Shown: piece after piece, positions 1 through 11,172 of the stretch
How positions within the stretch are numbered: the stretch's first letter is position 1
Layout: the number at the start of each line of letters is the position of its first letter
Source of the DNA: Macrostomum lignano
Taxonomy: Eukaryota
NCBI GenBank assembly: GCA_002269645.1
Contig: NIVC01000455.1
Coordinates: forward strand, 410,246 to 474,245
Reading direction: 5' to 3'
DNA: 64,000 nt
The notes under the pieces: generated by a model
Seen by the model: only the letters and a program-made list of their open reading frames with translations
Databases searched by the model: none
Told to the model about the DNA's origin: nothing
Position numbers and translations under genes: made by a program

Positions 1-159
1 CCCATTGGTCCTTCTATTTGCCTCACATCGTGTCGCCAATTCCTGTCTCTGTCTGTTAATCGGTTAATCCCAATGCCCAATGGCAAATTTCGGTAACAAC
101 AATGTGAAAAAATGTGCAATGTGAAAAAAGCAGAAAATTTTGTTAATAACATGGGTAAC

Positions 160-301
160 GGAAGTGAGTAACGGACAGTAACTTAAAAGTTACCAGGTTT
201 TTGTCTAAAGTTACTAGGCTAACGTAAGTTACTTTTTAAAAATTGGTAACTTAAGTTACAGTAACGCAAGTTACTTTTTTTAAGTAACTTGCCCAACACT
301 G
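160..301. mobile_element. Right end of a non-autonomous DNA transposon (MITE); left end outside the window
   Basis: Dense GTAAC/GTTAC subterminal motifs end in AGTAACTTGCCCAACACTG (283-301; reverse complement CAGTGTTGGGCAAGTTACT), a terminus type common in animal MITEs. The (GCTT)n microsatellite of a Helitron head follows directly. The partner TIR and TSD are not visible. Confidence 0.5.
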
Positions 302-1205
302 CTTGCTTGCTTGCTTGTCCATAACGCTCTAGAGATTGCAATTCTTCACCGATTTTGATCGCGTTTTCGCCAAAAGATTCAAAATTGTCTGGAAAGAAGA
401 CAGTTAAAATTTCTTGTATCTGCTTCAATGCTAAAGGGATTAAATATTCGAAAAACATGCTTTTTTGCAAAGGTCAAGCAGCTCTTTCGACTTGAAATGC
501 GCTGTAAGAATGCTAGAGAAAAACCGACTGACTGAATTCTGATTTTGATAAAGATTGCATCACAACAAGTTGAAAACACTGTGCCAAGTTGAAAGACAGA
601 AATTGCGTAACCATATTGCTAACTTTAATTGAGACTGATGCTGACTGCCTGAGTATTTGATTATGTCATAGCTGCTTCGTGTGACTTTCACTCGAAGAGA
701 ATTTGTGTTAGTATTTGCATAACGTTCTAGAGATAGAACCAATTGACCAATTTTAATCGCGTTTTTACGAAAAGATTTGTAATTAACTGGAAAGAAGACA
801 GTTAAAATTTCTTTAATTGGCTTTAATGCTAAAGGTATCAAATATTCGAAAAACGAGTTTTCCCAATGCTTTTAATGGAAGGCCAAGCAAGGTTGAATTC
901 TTGACTGGACTGGCTGAATTCCAATTCCAATTATGATTGCGCCATAACTTTTCTCTCTCCACTGTGTAAGCTTCAATACTGGTTGCAGTGTGCAAGGAGA
1001 AAAAATGCTCAGTGGCTGCGTGTGTACATTCTGACCCTGGCTCTGACTGGCGGACTCCATAGAAAATTGCTATTTATAGATTTCACTCAATCAACTGTGC
1101 ATTGGCTCCGCCTGCACGCCTACACACTGAGCAGCCTATCACTGCTATGTATTTAAATGCAGTTCTGAAGCATATATGGCTGATTTTGTTGTCCTCCCAT
1201 CAATA

Positions 1206-1283
1206 GGCGGAGTAGCCGCAGTGTAGGCACTTAGGACTAGGTTTAGGCTAGACGTAAGGTCCAAGGTTCGAGTCTGCCTCCCC
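1206..1283 (+). other. tRNA-like / Pol III promoter-like segment inside the Helitron (copies at 24895-24970 and 27596-28050)
   Basis: TAGCCGCAGTG (A-box-like) and GGTTCGAGTCY (B box) about 45 nt apart; the cloverleaf stems do not close properly, so this is not a functional tRNA. Confidence 0.55.
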
Positions 1284-2616
1284 GGCGGATAATAAAAATT
1301 CAAATAATTCAATAATTTATAGATTGTGCCTGGACTAATTGAAACATTTTTATTTAATTTCAATTGAAACATTTTTTTATTAATTAGCAATTCATTTTTT
1401 GCTACTCGGCACAAGCCACTAATCAAATTTGATTTGTAAAAACTGCTTCGAGTATAACTGATCCCATCAATGGGTATTGTCTAGCTCCATAAAAGTACGA
1501 AACTACTAAACTGCAGAAAATGCTGCTAAATGCTGAGCTTTTCAAGACTGCCGATATGTATCGAAAATTGATTAGTGAGCCGTACAATTCTGAGCAAATT
1601 GCAGTTTGCAGAGGAGACTGAGGAGCCGGCCGAGAGGAGAACTGCAGGCTGCTGAGAGAATGAATGAAAATTGTTAATGGTACAGTTGTAGACTGAAAAT
1701 GAAATGACTGCAGACTGCTGAGGGGAACTGCAGACTGTCGAAGGGATCATTGCAGATTGCAAAGGGGAAACAACTGCAAACTGCTGAGGTAGTTCCTCCA
1801 GACGTATGAGCGTATAGCTGCAGACTGCTGAGAGGGAAAACTGCGGACTAATTAGAGGATAATGGCAGACTTCTGAGGCTTATAACTAACTATTGAGTTT
1901 TGAGTGGATATTTACTGTGGAAGACTAAGTACAAGTTGTTTAGGGGATTTCTGCGGCTGCTAAGTGAAATATTTTTGGCTAAGGGGACAATTCTATGCCG
2001 CTGAGGGTATGCATTCTTAATTTTAATAAAAGTTTTAAAATGCAAAGTGGATGATAAATGCCGGCTGCTAAGAAATAACTGCAGTCTTTTTGCGGGATTA
2101 GATGAAGGGATAATTTCAGGTTGTTGTGGGGATAAATGCCGATTTCCGGGGGTTAACTTCAAACGGCTGAAGTTGCTAAACTAGATTATTTCGACCACAT
2201 GTCAATAGGCACAATAGCCGCAGTAGGCAGGCAGTATCAAGCAGAAGCAAACAGAATGCTTTGATGTCAGCAGTTCGAGCCTGCATTGAAGCAGCGAATT
2301 TATCTTTATGACCTGTGACAATAATGATTGCATACTATGCAGATTCATGGAGATGGTAAACACTTAAATTTAAAGATACTTTTGCTGGGGCTGCGTTAGT
2401 CTTCTAGAGCAGTGCTAATCTGCTGTAAGTGCTAATTTGCAAAGGGTCTAATCTGGGTGAGCAGTGCTAATCTGACGTACAATGAATTAATAAATATGCA
2501 AGAGAATTGCAAATCAATTTTAAACTGCAAGTTGCAAACATTTCAAATGGTTTCGATTATTGAGAAGCATATGGAGATCAGTAGCCATCTGCTCCCAGAT
2601 TTTGCGGAACAGTGCC

Positions 2617-2826
2617 GGTGAACCATTGCTAAACTGCTGGTGAATCATTGCTAAACTGCTGGTGAACCATTGCTAAACTGCTGGTGAACCATTGCTAAAC
2701 TGCTGGTGAACCATCGCTAAAGTGATGGTAAACCATTGCTAAACTGCTGGTGAACCATTGCTAAACTGCTGGTGAACCATCGCTAAAGTGATGGTAAACC
2801 ATTGCTAAAGTGATGGTAAACCACTG
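2617..2826 (+). repeat. 22-bp minisatellite GGTGAACCATTGCTAAACTGCT (~9 copies)
   Basis: Period 22 read directly (2617, 2639, ...). Confidence 0.95.
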
Positions 2827-4499
2827 TAAGTTTTTAATAAATGCTACTTTAAACAGAAGAAAACTCAACACAAGAAAAAGCGACAAAAGAATCATCATGT
2901 CAACCATAAAAGAAGCGGTCTGTCGAGAATAAAATACTCAATGTGAATTGCTAAGATGTCAAGGCTGGTATGGAAAATTTCTGTGATATCAAGACTCATG
3001 GGAGAATTTCTAAGATCTCAAGGCTCAGCGGTAATTGCTATAATGATGTGATTCTGGGGAGAATTGCTTTGATTTCAAAGCTTGAGTTCAATTGCTGCGA
3101 TGTCGATCTTAATGAGGGAATTTCTGAGATGTCAAGGCTTACTGGGGAATTATTGAGATTTCAAGGCTTACTGGGCCATGGGCCAGATCAAGGCCCATGA
3201 GAGAAATTCTGAGATGTCTTGTCAAGTCTCAGAGGGAAATTCCTATACTGATGTGATTCTAGGCAGAATTGCTTTGATTACAAATTTCATTTGAGAATTT
3301 TCTGAGGTATCAAGGCTCATTAAAATTATTTGCTGTCAAGGCTCATGGAAATAATTTCTGGAATGCTGTGGCTCTTGAGGGAATTGCCGACAATGTTAGG
3401 GTAAGAGTAAGACGTAAACCATATAAATAAATAGGCCTGTCTAACATTAAATACTCATTGGGGAATTGCTAAGTTGTAAAGGCTCTTGGGGGGGATATCC
3501 GAATTATAATGTGGCTCAATGCTCAGGGGGATTGTTGTGATTGCAGTACCTGCTCATATTGCCGAAATTTTGTGGCTCAAATAGGAGTTGCTGAGATATC
3601 AAGGCTCATTGGGGAATAGCTGAGATTTCAAAGCTCACGGGGGATCCCTGTAATGCTGTAGGCTGTGACTCTTGGGTATTGCTGAGATGCTAAGATTCAC
3701 GGGGGAATGACTGAGATTTCAAAGGCTCCTAAAGCGAATAGCTGAAATTCAGGAAATGTCAAGGTTCATTGGGTATTTGTTGAAATGCTGTGACTTGGCA
3801 GGGTTAGTTTTCAGCCATAAGACTCATGTGAAAGTGCCAAGATATCAAAAGGTTAGTCGCTAAAGTTTCATGCTCATGGGAAAATTGCTAAGATTTCAAA
3901 AGCTCATTGGGGAATTGCTGAAATTCTCGGGCTGAGAGAGGGAGTTGCTGAAATGCTGTGACTCGGCTGCAGGTTAAGGGTTAGGGTTTGAGTTTAATTA
4001 GAGCGATCGTCGTGTCAATCATAAATGATTCATTAAGGAATTTCTAAGATTAAAGGCTCTTGGGGCGAATTAGTTATATGCTTTGGCTCTTCGGGAATTG
4101 CTGACAGTTCAAGGCTTTCGGTGAAATTTATATTTCAAAGCTTATGAGGAAGTTACTTAAATGCTCAGGCTCAAGGCTCACGGGGGAGATTGCTAACATG
4201 CCAAGACTCACTTATGGGTTAGGGTTAGGGGCTTAGGGTCAGTTTTGGTTCAATCATAGAATAACCACTCTGTTAACCATCAACTAAAGACTTGCTAAGA
4301 TGGGAGTTGCTAAGATATCAAAGCTCATGAATGGAATCGCTGAGTTGACAAGGCTTATGAAGAAATTGCTGAGGTATCAAGGCTCATAAGGGGATTGCTG
4401 AATTCTTGGGGGAGGGGAGTTGGGTTGTTGGGATGTCAAGGCTTACTCAGCTGAGAGAACTGCGTAGATGTCAAGGCTCGAGTTTAATTGCTGCGATTT

Positions 4500-5070
4500 C
4501 GATGCTTAATGGGGGAACTGCTGAGATGTCAAGTCTTACTGGGAATTGCTAAGATGTCAAGTTTTACTGGGAATTGCTAAAATGTGAAGGCTTTCTGGGG
4601 GAATGCTGAGATTTCAAGGCTTACTGGGGAAATGCTTAGATTTCAAGGCTTACTGGGGGGATTCCTCAGATGTCAAGGCTTATTGGGGGAATTGCTGAGA
4701 TGTTAAGGCTTACTGGGGGAATTGCAGAGATTTCAAGGCTTACTGCGGCAATTGCTAAGATGTGAAGTCTTTGTGGGGGAATCGCTAATATTTCAAGGCT
4801 TACTGGGAGAATCACTGAGATGTCAATGCTTACTGGGGGAATTGCTGAGATCTCAAGGCTTCTCAGCAATTCTTAGCAAGTATTAGCAATTGTTAGCTAA
4901 GTTGCATATTCTTAGCAATTCTTAGCAATTTTTGTCAAGGCTTACGGGGGTAATTGCTGAGATTTCAAGGCTTACTGGGGGAATTGCTGAGATGTCAAGA
5001 CTTACTGGGGGAATTGCTGATATGTCAAGGCTTACTGGGGGAATTGCTAAGATGACAAGGCTCATGGACG
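4500..5070 (+). repeat. 30-bp minisatellite GGCTTACTGGGGGAATTGCTGAGATGTCAA, first block
   Basis: Period 29-31; degenerate precursors from ~2940. Further blocks at 7650-8400, 9575-11090, 12830-13430, 14575-16020, 17470-22085 and 29170-29820. Confidence 0.95.
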
Positions 5071-5574
5071 ATGGCTGAATTGTTGGGGGTGTTAGGTTGT
5101 TGGGCGATTGTCAGATAGTCAGGTAGTACGGCTGAAGTAGCTCATGTAATTCAGATAGTGAAATAGTACACACAAGTGATGCTGATTTCTGCTAATAGGA
5201 AATACCAGCGCATTTATTTAAGGTTTCATTCTTTGATTTAGGCTAATTAAGAGAGAGGGTCTAAGGCCGTCAATCATTTGCATATTTGCTGCGGATAAGA
5301 ATATGCCCCGGCCAGCGACGATATGCACTAAGAGTTTGTGCTTGAAAGGATCAGCACTATTTGCTGATTGAGAAAGGGTTTTGGGCTGATGAAGGAAACT
5401 ATGGCTGATGAAAGTTCTGATTCATGGCGATTTATTTTTGCTAAAATGAGAAAAGGTAATTTTTGAATAATGGAAATCAACATTTTGGATAATTATAGTA
5501 AGGTTACTCTTGGGTCAAAATAAAAACCAATTGGTTTCATTTTATGGCTCCCCAGCGGGGGGCTAAATGGCTAG

Positions 5575-8500
5575 TCTATCTAATCTTCTAAATATACTAA
5601 ATCTCTAATATTTGTATGCTTGCTTGCTTGCTTGCTTGCTTGTCCATAATCTAAATATACTAAATCTCTAATATTTGTTTGTTTGTTTGTATGCTTGAAT
5701 GTCCATAACGCTCTAGAGACTGCAATTCTTCACCGATTTTGATCGCGTTTTCGCCAAAAAGTTGCAACTCAACCAAGGATTGTATGGTTAACATTTCTTT
5801 TATCTGCTTCAATTCTAAAGGTCTTAAATATTCAAAAAACTGTATTTTCCCTATCTAATTAGTGTATTTTTCTCGCAGTGAGAGCTCGAAAAATAATAAT
5901 ACGTCTATGGCCATAGACTAAACTTTAATTTCTTGACCTGATGCTACGCTCGTACAATCGAGCTATAAATAGTTAAATATTCGAAAAAATGCTTTTTGCA
6001 TGATTGAGAGAAATCAGCCAGTGCATTTTAAAAGTATTGAAGTATTGCGCAACTAGGTGTATATTTGCACAACGGAGAGAAAAATACTCAGTGGCTGTGT
6101 TATTTTTGCTATTCGGCTAAACTCCTGAAGGTATTGCTAAATTCTGAGTTGCGCAAACAACTGCCGATTGATTAGTGTGCCGTACTATAAATGCTGAGCA
6201 ATTTTTTAGACTAATAAAAGGATCATTGCAGTTTGCTAAGGAGACTAAAAAGCCGGCCGAGAGTAGAACTGCAGACTGCTAAATTGGGGAGAGCAGTGCT
6301 AATCTGGAATTATTGAGCCATATGCACACTCATTGAGTGAAAAAGTACTGGTGAAGCATTGCTAAACTGCTGGTGAAGCATTGCTAAACTGCTGGTGAAC
6401 CATTGCTAAACTGCTGGTGAACCATTGCTAAACTGCTGGTGAAGCATTGCTAAACTTCTGGTGAAGCATTGCTAAACTGCTGGTGAAGCATTGCTAAACT
6501 GCTGGTGAACCATTGCTAAACTGCTGGTGAACCATTGCTAAACTGCTGGTGAACCATTGCTAAACTGCTGGTGAAGCATTGCTAAACTGCTGGTGAAGCA
6601 TTGCTAAACTGCTGGTGAAGCATTGCTAAACTTCTGGTGAAGCATTGCTAAACTGCATTGCTAAACTATATTGCTAAACTGCAGAAAGCTATAGTGAAAT
6701 ATTGTTTTTTTATTAAAAACTTCTTTTAAAGAGAAGAAAACGCAAAGGCAAGAAAAAACGAACAAGAATCATCATGTCAATTATAAAAGATGCGCCCTGT
6801 CGAAAGTAAAAGTCTCATTGGGAATTGCTAAGATTGTTAAGACTGCTAAGACTATTGCTACGAGCATAATGCTGGTATGGAAAATTGCTGTGATATATAA
6901 ATTTGATATATCATGATGATATATCAATAAATACTCATGGGAGGATTTATAAGATCTCAAGGCACAAGGGGAATTGCTATAATTGTCATTCTGTTGAGAA
7001 TTGCTTTGATTTCAAGGTTCATTTGTGAAATTGCAGAAATAAATTGTTGAAATGCAAGTGCCAAGATATCAAAAGGTATCAAAAGTCACTCAATTTTCAG
7101 GCTCATGGGGAAATTACTAAAATTTCCAAAGCTCATTGGGGAATTGCTGAAATTCTGCTGCAGGTTAAGGGTAGGCTTAGGGTTCAATTATAGCGCGATC
7201 GTCGTGTCAATCATTAATGATCCATCGAGGAATTGCTAAGATTAAATGCTCTTTGGGCGAATTACTTAAATGCTTTGGCTCTACGGGGAATTGCTGACAG
7301 GTCAAGGCTTCCGGTGAAATTTAGATTCAAAAGCTTATGAGGAAGTTACTTTAATGCTGAGGCTCAAGGCTCATTGTCGAAATTGCTAACATGCCAAGAC
7401 TCACTTATGGGTAGGTTTGGGGGCTTAGGGTCAGTTTTGGTTCAATCATAGATTAACCGCTGTCAACCATCAATTAAAGACTTGCTAAGATATCTAAGCT
7501 CATCGGGGAATAGCTGAGTTGTCAAGGCTTATAAGGGGATTGCTGAGTTATCAAGGCTTATAAGGGGATTGCTGAATTCTTGGGAGAGGGGAGTTGGGTT
7601 GTTGGGATGTCAAGGCTAAATACTGCGCTGGGAGAATTGCATAGATGTCGAGGCTGGAGTTTAATTGCTGCGATGTCGAGGCTTAATGGGGTTATTCCTG
7701 AGATATCAAGGCTTACTGGGGGAATTGCTGAGACTTCAAGGCTTACTGGGGGAATTTCTGAGATTTCAAGGCTTACTCAGGAAATTGCTGAGATTTCAAG
7801 GCTTTCTTGGATGAATTGCTGAGATGTCAAGGCTTACTGGGGGAATTGCTTAGACTTCAAGACTTACTGGAAGAATTACTGAGATTCGAGACTTACTGGG
7901 GAATTACTGAGATTTCAAGGCTCACTGGGGGGAATCGCTGAATTGTCAAGGTTCACTGGGGGAATTGCTGAGATGTCAAGGCTTACTGGGGAAATTATTG
8001 AGATGTCATCAAAGCTTATGGCATATTGAGCTCCTGCTGCGGACCAGAATATGCCCAGGCCAATGACGATATGCCCTAAGAGTTTGTGCTTGAAAGGATA
8101 AGTACTATTTGCTGAATGAGAAAGGGTTTTGGGCTGATGAAGGAAACTTTGGCTGGTGAAGGTTTTGATTCATGGCAACTGGGGGAATTGCTGAGATGTC
8201 AAGGCTTACTGGGAGGAATTACTGAGTTGTCAAGGCTTACTGGGGGAAATGCTGAGACTTCAAGGCTTACTGGAGAATTTCTGAGATTTCAAGGCTTACT
8301 GGGGGAATTGCTGAGATTTCAAGGCTTACTGCATGGGGGTATTGCTGAGATGTCAAGGCTAACTGGGGGAATTGCTGAGATGTCATCAAGGCTTATGGCA
8401 TATTGAGCTCCTGCTGCGGACCAGAATATGCTCAGGCCAATGACGATATGCACTAAGAGTTTGTGCTTGAAAGGATAAGTACTATTTGCTGAATGAGAAA

Positions 8501-8694
8501 GGCTTTTGGGCTGATGAAGGAAACTTTGGCTGGTTAAGGTTTTGATTCATAGCAATTTATTTTTGCCAAAAATGAGAAAAAGTAAGTTTTGACTAATGGA
8601 TTTTGAATAATAAGTAAGGTTTTTACTCATAGGCCAAAATAAAAACCATTTGGCGTCATTCTTGCGTCCCCCAACGGGGGGCTTAAATTGCTAG
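5575..8694 (+). mobile_element. Helitron unit 2 (3120 bp)
   Basis: TC head with stubs at 5575; hairpin 8668-8681; CTAG 8691-8694. Confidence 0.85.
6349..6680 (+). repeat. 22-bp minisatellite, same unit (~14 copies)
   Basis: GGTGAA(G/C)CATTGCTAAACTGCT tandem copies; ~4 more copies at 12299-12390. Confidence 0.95.
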
Positions 8695-11172
8695 TCTTCT
8701 TCTTCTAAATATACTAAATCTCTAATATTTGTATGCTTGCTTGCTTGTCTTTCTTATATACTAAATCTCTAATCTATGTCTGTCTGTCTGTCCGTGTAAA
8801 ACGCTCTACAGACTGCAATTCTTGACCAATTTCGATCGCGTTTTCACCAAAAAGTTGCAACTCAACCAAGGATTGTATGGTTAACATTTCTTTTATCTGC
8901 TTCACTTCTAAAGGTCTTAAATATTCAAAAAACTGTATTTTCCCTATCTAATTAGTGTATTTTTGTCGCAGTGAGAGCTCGAAAAATAATAATACGTCTA
9001 TGGCCATAGACTAAACTTTAACTTCTTGAGCTGATGCTGTGAGCTATAAATAATTAAATATTCGCAAGCTTCAGTTTATGCACGTAGGAGATAAGATAAA
9101 ATGAAATAAAATTTTCATTTATTTGTAGCTTGTACCTGCCTGGACTAATCGCTAAATTGCAGACGATGCAAAATCTTCGTTGCATTGATGTGCAAAAGAC
9201 TGCCAATATCTATCGAAATCTATCGAGAAGCCGTACAATTATTGAAAGGATCATTGCAGCTTCCTGAGGATACTGAGGGGCCAGCAAAGAGGAAAACTGC
9301 AGACTGCTGAGAATGAGAATTGTTGTAGACTGCAAATGGAATGACCGCAGGTTGCTGAGGAGAACTGCAGATTGTCAAAGGGATCATTCATTTAGACTGC
9401 AAAGTTGAAAAACGAAAAACTGCTGAGGTAGTTCCTCCAGACTTATGAGTGTATAGCTGCAAACTTCCGGGATAACTATCTACAGAGTTTAAGTGGATAA
9501 TAACTGTGAATGATTAAGTGCAAGTTGTTGAGGGGATAACTGCAGACTGCTGAGTGAAGGTTTTGATTCATGGTAACTGGGGGAATTGCTGAGATTTCAA
9601 GGCTTACTGGGGGAATTCTGAGATGTCAAGGCTAACTGGGGGAATTACTGAGATGTCAAGGCTAACTGGGGGAATTGCTGAAATGTCAACGCTTACTGGG
9701 GGAATTTCTGAAATGTCAACGCTTACTGGGGGGATTGCTGAGATGTCAAGGCTTACTGGGGGAATTGCTGGGATGTCAAGGCTTGGGGAGAATTGCTGAG
9801 TTGTTAAGGCTTATTTGGGGGAATTGCTGAGATTTCAAGGCTTGCTGCGGGGAATTGCTGAGATGTCAAGGCTTACTCGGGGAATTGCTGAGATTTCAAG
9901 GCTTGCTGGGGGAATTGCTGAGATGTCAAGGCTTACTAGGAGGAATTGCTGAGATGTCAAGGCTTACTTGGGGGAATTGCTGCGACTTCAAGGCTTGCTG
10001 CGGGGAATTGCTGAGATGTCAAGGCTTACTCGGGGAATTGCTGAGATTTCAAGGCTTGCTGGGGGGAATTGCTGAGATGTCAAGGCTTACTAGGAGGAAT
10101 TGCTGAGATGTCAAGGCTTACTGGGGAATTGCTGCGACTTCAAGGCTTACTGGGGGAATTTCTGAGATTTCAAGGCTTACTGGGGGGATTGCTGAGATGT
10201 CAAGGCTTACTGGGGGAATTGCTGGGATGTCAAGGCTTGGGGAGAATTGCTGAGTTGTTAAGGCTTATTTGGGGGAATTGCTGAGATTTCAAGGCTTGCT
10301 GCGGGGAATTGCTGAGATGTCAAGGCTTACTCGGGGAATTGCTGAGATTTCAAGGCTTGCTGGGGGAATTGCTGAGATGTCAAGGCTTACTAGGAGGAAT
10401 TGCTGAGATGTCAAGGCTTACTTGGGGGAATTGCTGCGACTTCAAGGCTTGCTGCGGGGAATTGCTGAGATGTCAAGGCTTACTCGGGGAATTGCTGAGA
10501 TTTCAAGGCTTGCTGGGGGAATTGCTGAGATGTCAAGGCTTACTAGGAGGAATTGCTGAGATGTCAAGGCTTACTTGGGGGAATTGCTGCGACTTCAAGG
10601 CTAATTGGGGGAATTTCCGAGATTTCAAGGCTTACTGGGGGAATTCTGAGATGTCAAAACTAACTGGGGGAATTACTGAGATGTCAAGGCTAACTGGGGA
10701 ATTACTGAGATGTCAAGGCTAACTGGGGGAATAGCTGAGATGTCAAGGCTAACTGGGGGAATTACTGAGATGTCAAGGCTTACTGGGGAATTGCTGAGAT
10801 GTCAAGGCTAACTGGGGGAATTGCCGAAATGTCAACGCTTACTGGGGGGAAGTGCTGAGTTGTCAAGGCTTACTGGGGGAATTGCTGAGATTTCAAGGCT
10901 TAATCGGGGAATTGCTGAGATTTCAAGGCTTGCTGGGGGGAATTGCTGAGATGTCAAGGCTTACTAGGAGGAATTGCTGAGATGTCAAGGCTTACTGGGG
11001 GGAATTACTGAGATGTCAAGGCTTACTGAGGGTATTGCTGAGATTTCAAGGCTTACTGGGGGAATCACTGAGATGTCAAGGCTTACTGGGGGTAAGGTTA
11101 TTACTCATAGGCCAAAATAAAAACCATTTAGCGTCATTCTTGCGTCCCCCAACGGGGGGCTTAAATGGCTAG
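8695..11172 (+). mobile_element. Helitron unit 3 (2478 bp)
   Basis: TC head at 8695; internal deletion junction at ~9555; CTAG 11169-11172. Confidence 0.85.
9575..11090 (+). repeat. 30-bp minisatellite block (~50 copies)
   Basis: Continuous tandem copies of the 30-mer with 29/31-nt variants. Confidence 0.95.

Larger units (their letters stand above)
302..5574 (+). mobile_element. Helitron unit 1 (5' end disrupted by the MITE; internal duplicated head at ~720)
   Basis: Head body at 302-460 is repeated at ~720-860. Ends with hairpin CCCCAGCGGGG (5550-5560) and CTAG 5571-5574. Confidence 0.8.

Noticed and set aside
219-470. Recurrent minus-strand ORF FEYLIPLALKQIQEIL.. (also 22212, 23074, 23431, 30402)
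   Set aside because: It is the antisense of the non-coding Helitron head; starts and stops vary among copies and there is no Rep or helicase motif.
1206-1283. Functional tRNA gene (also 27660 and 30826)
   Set aside because: A/B boxes are present but the stems do not close into a cloverleaf; reported as SINE or relic instead.
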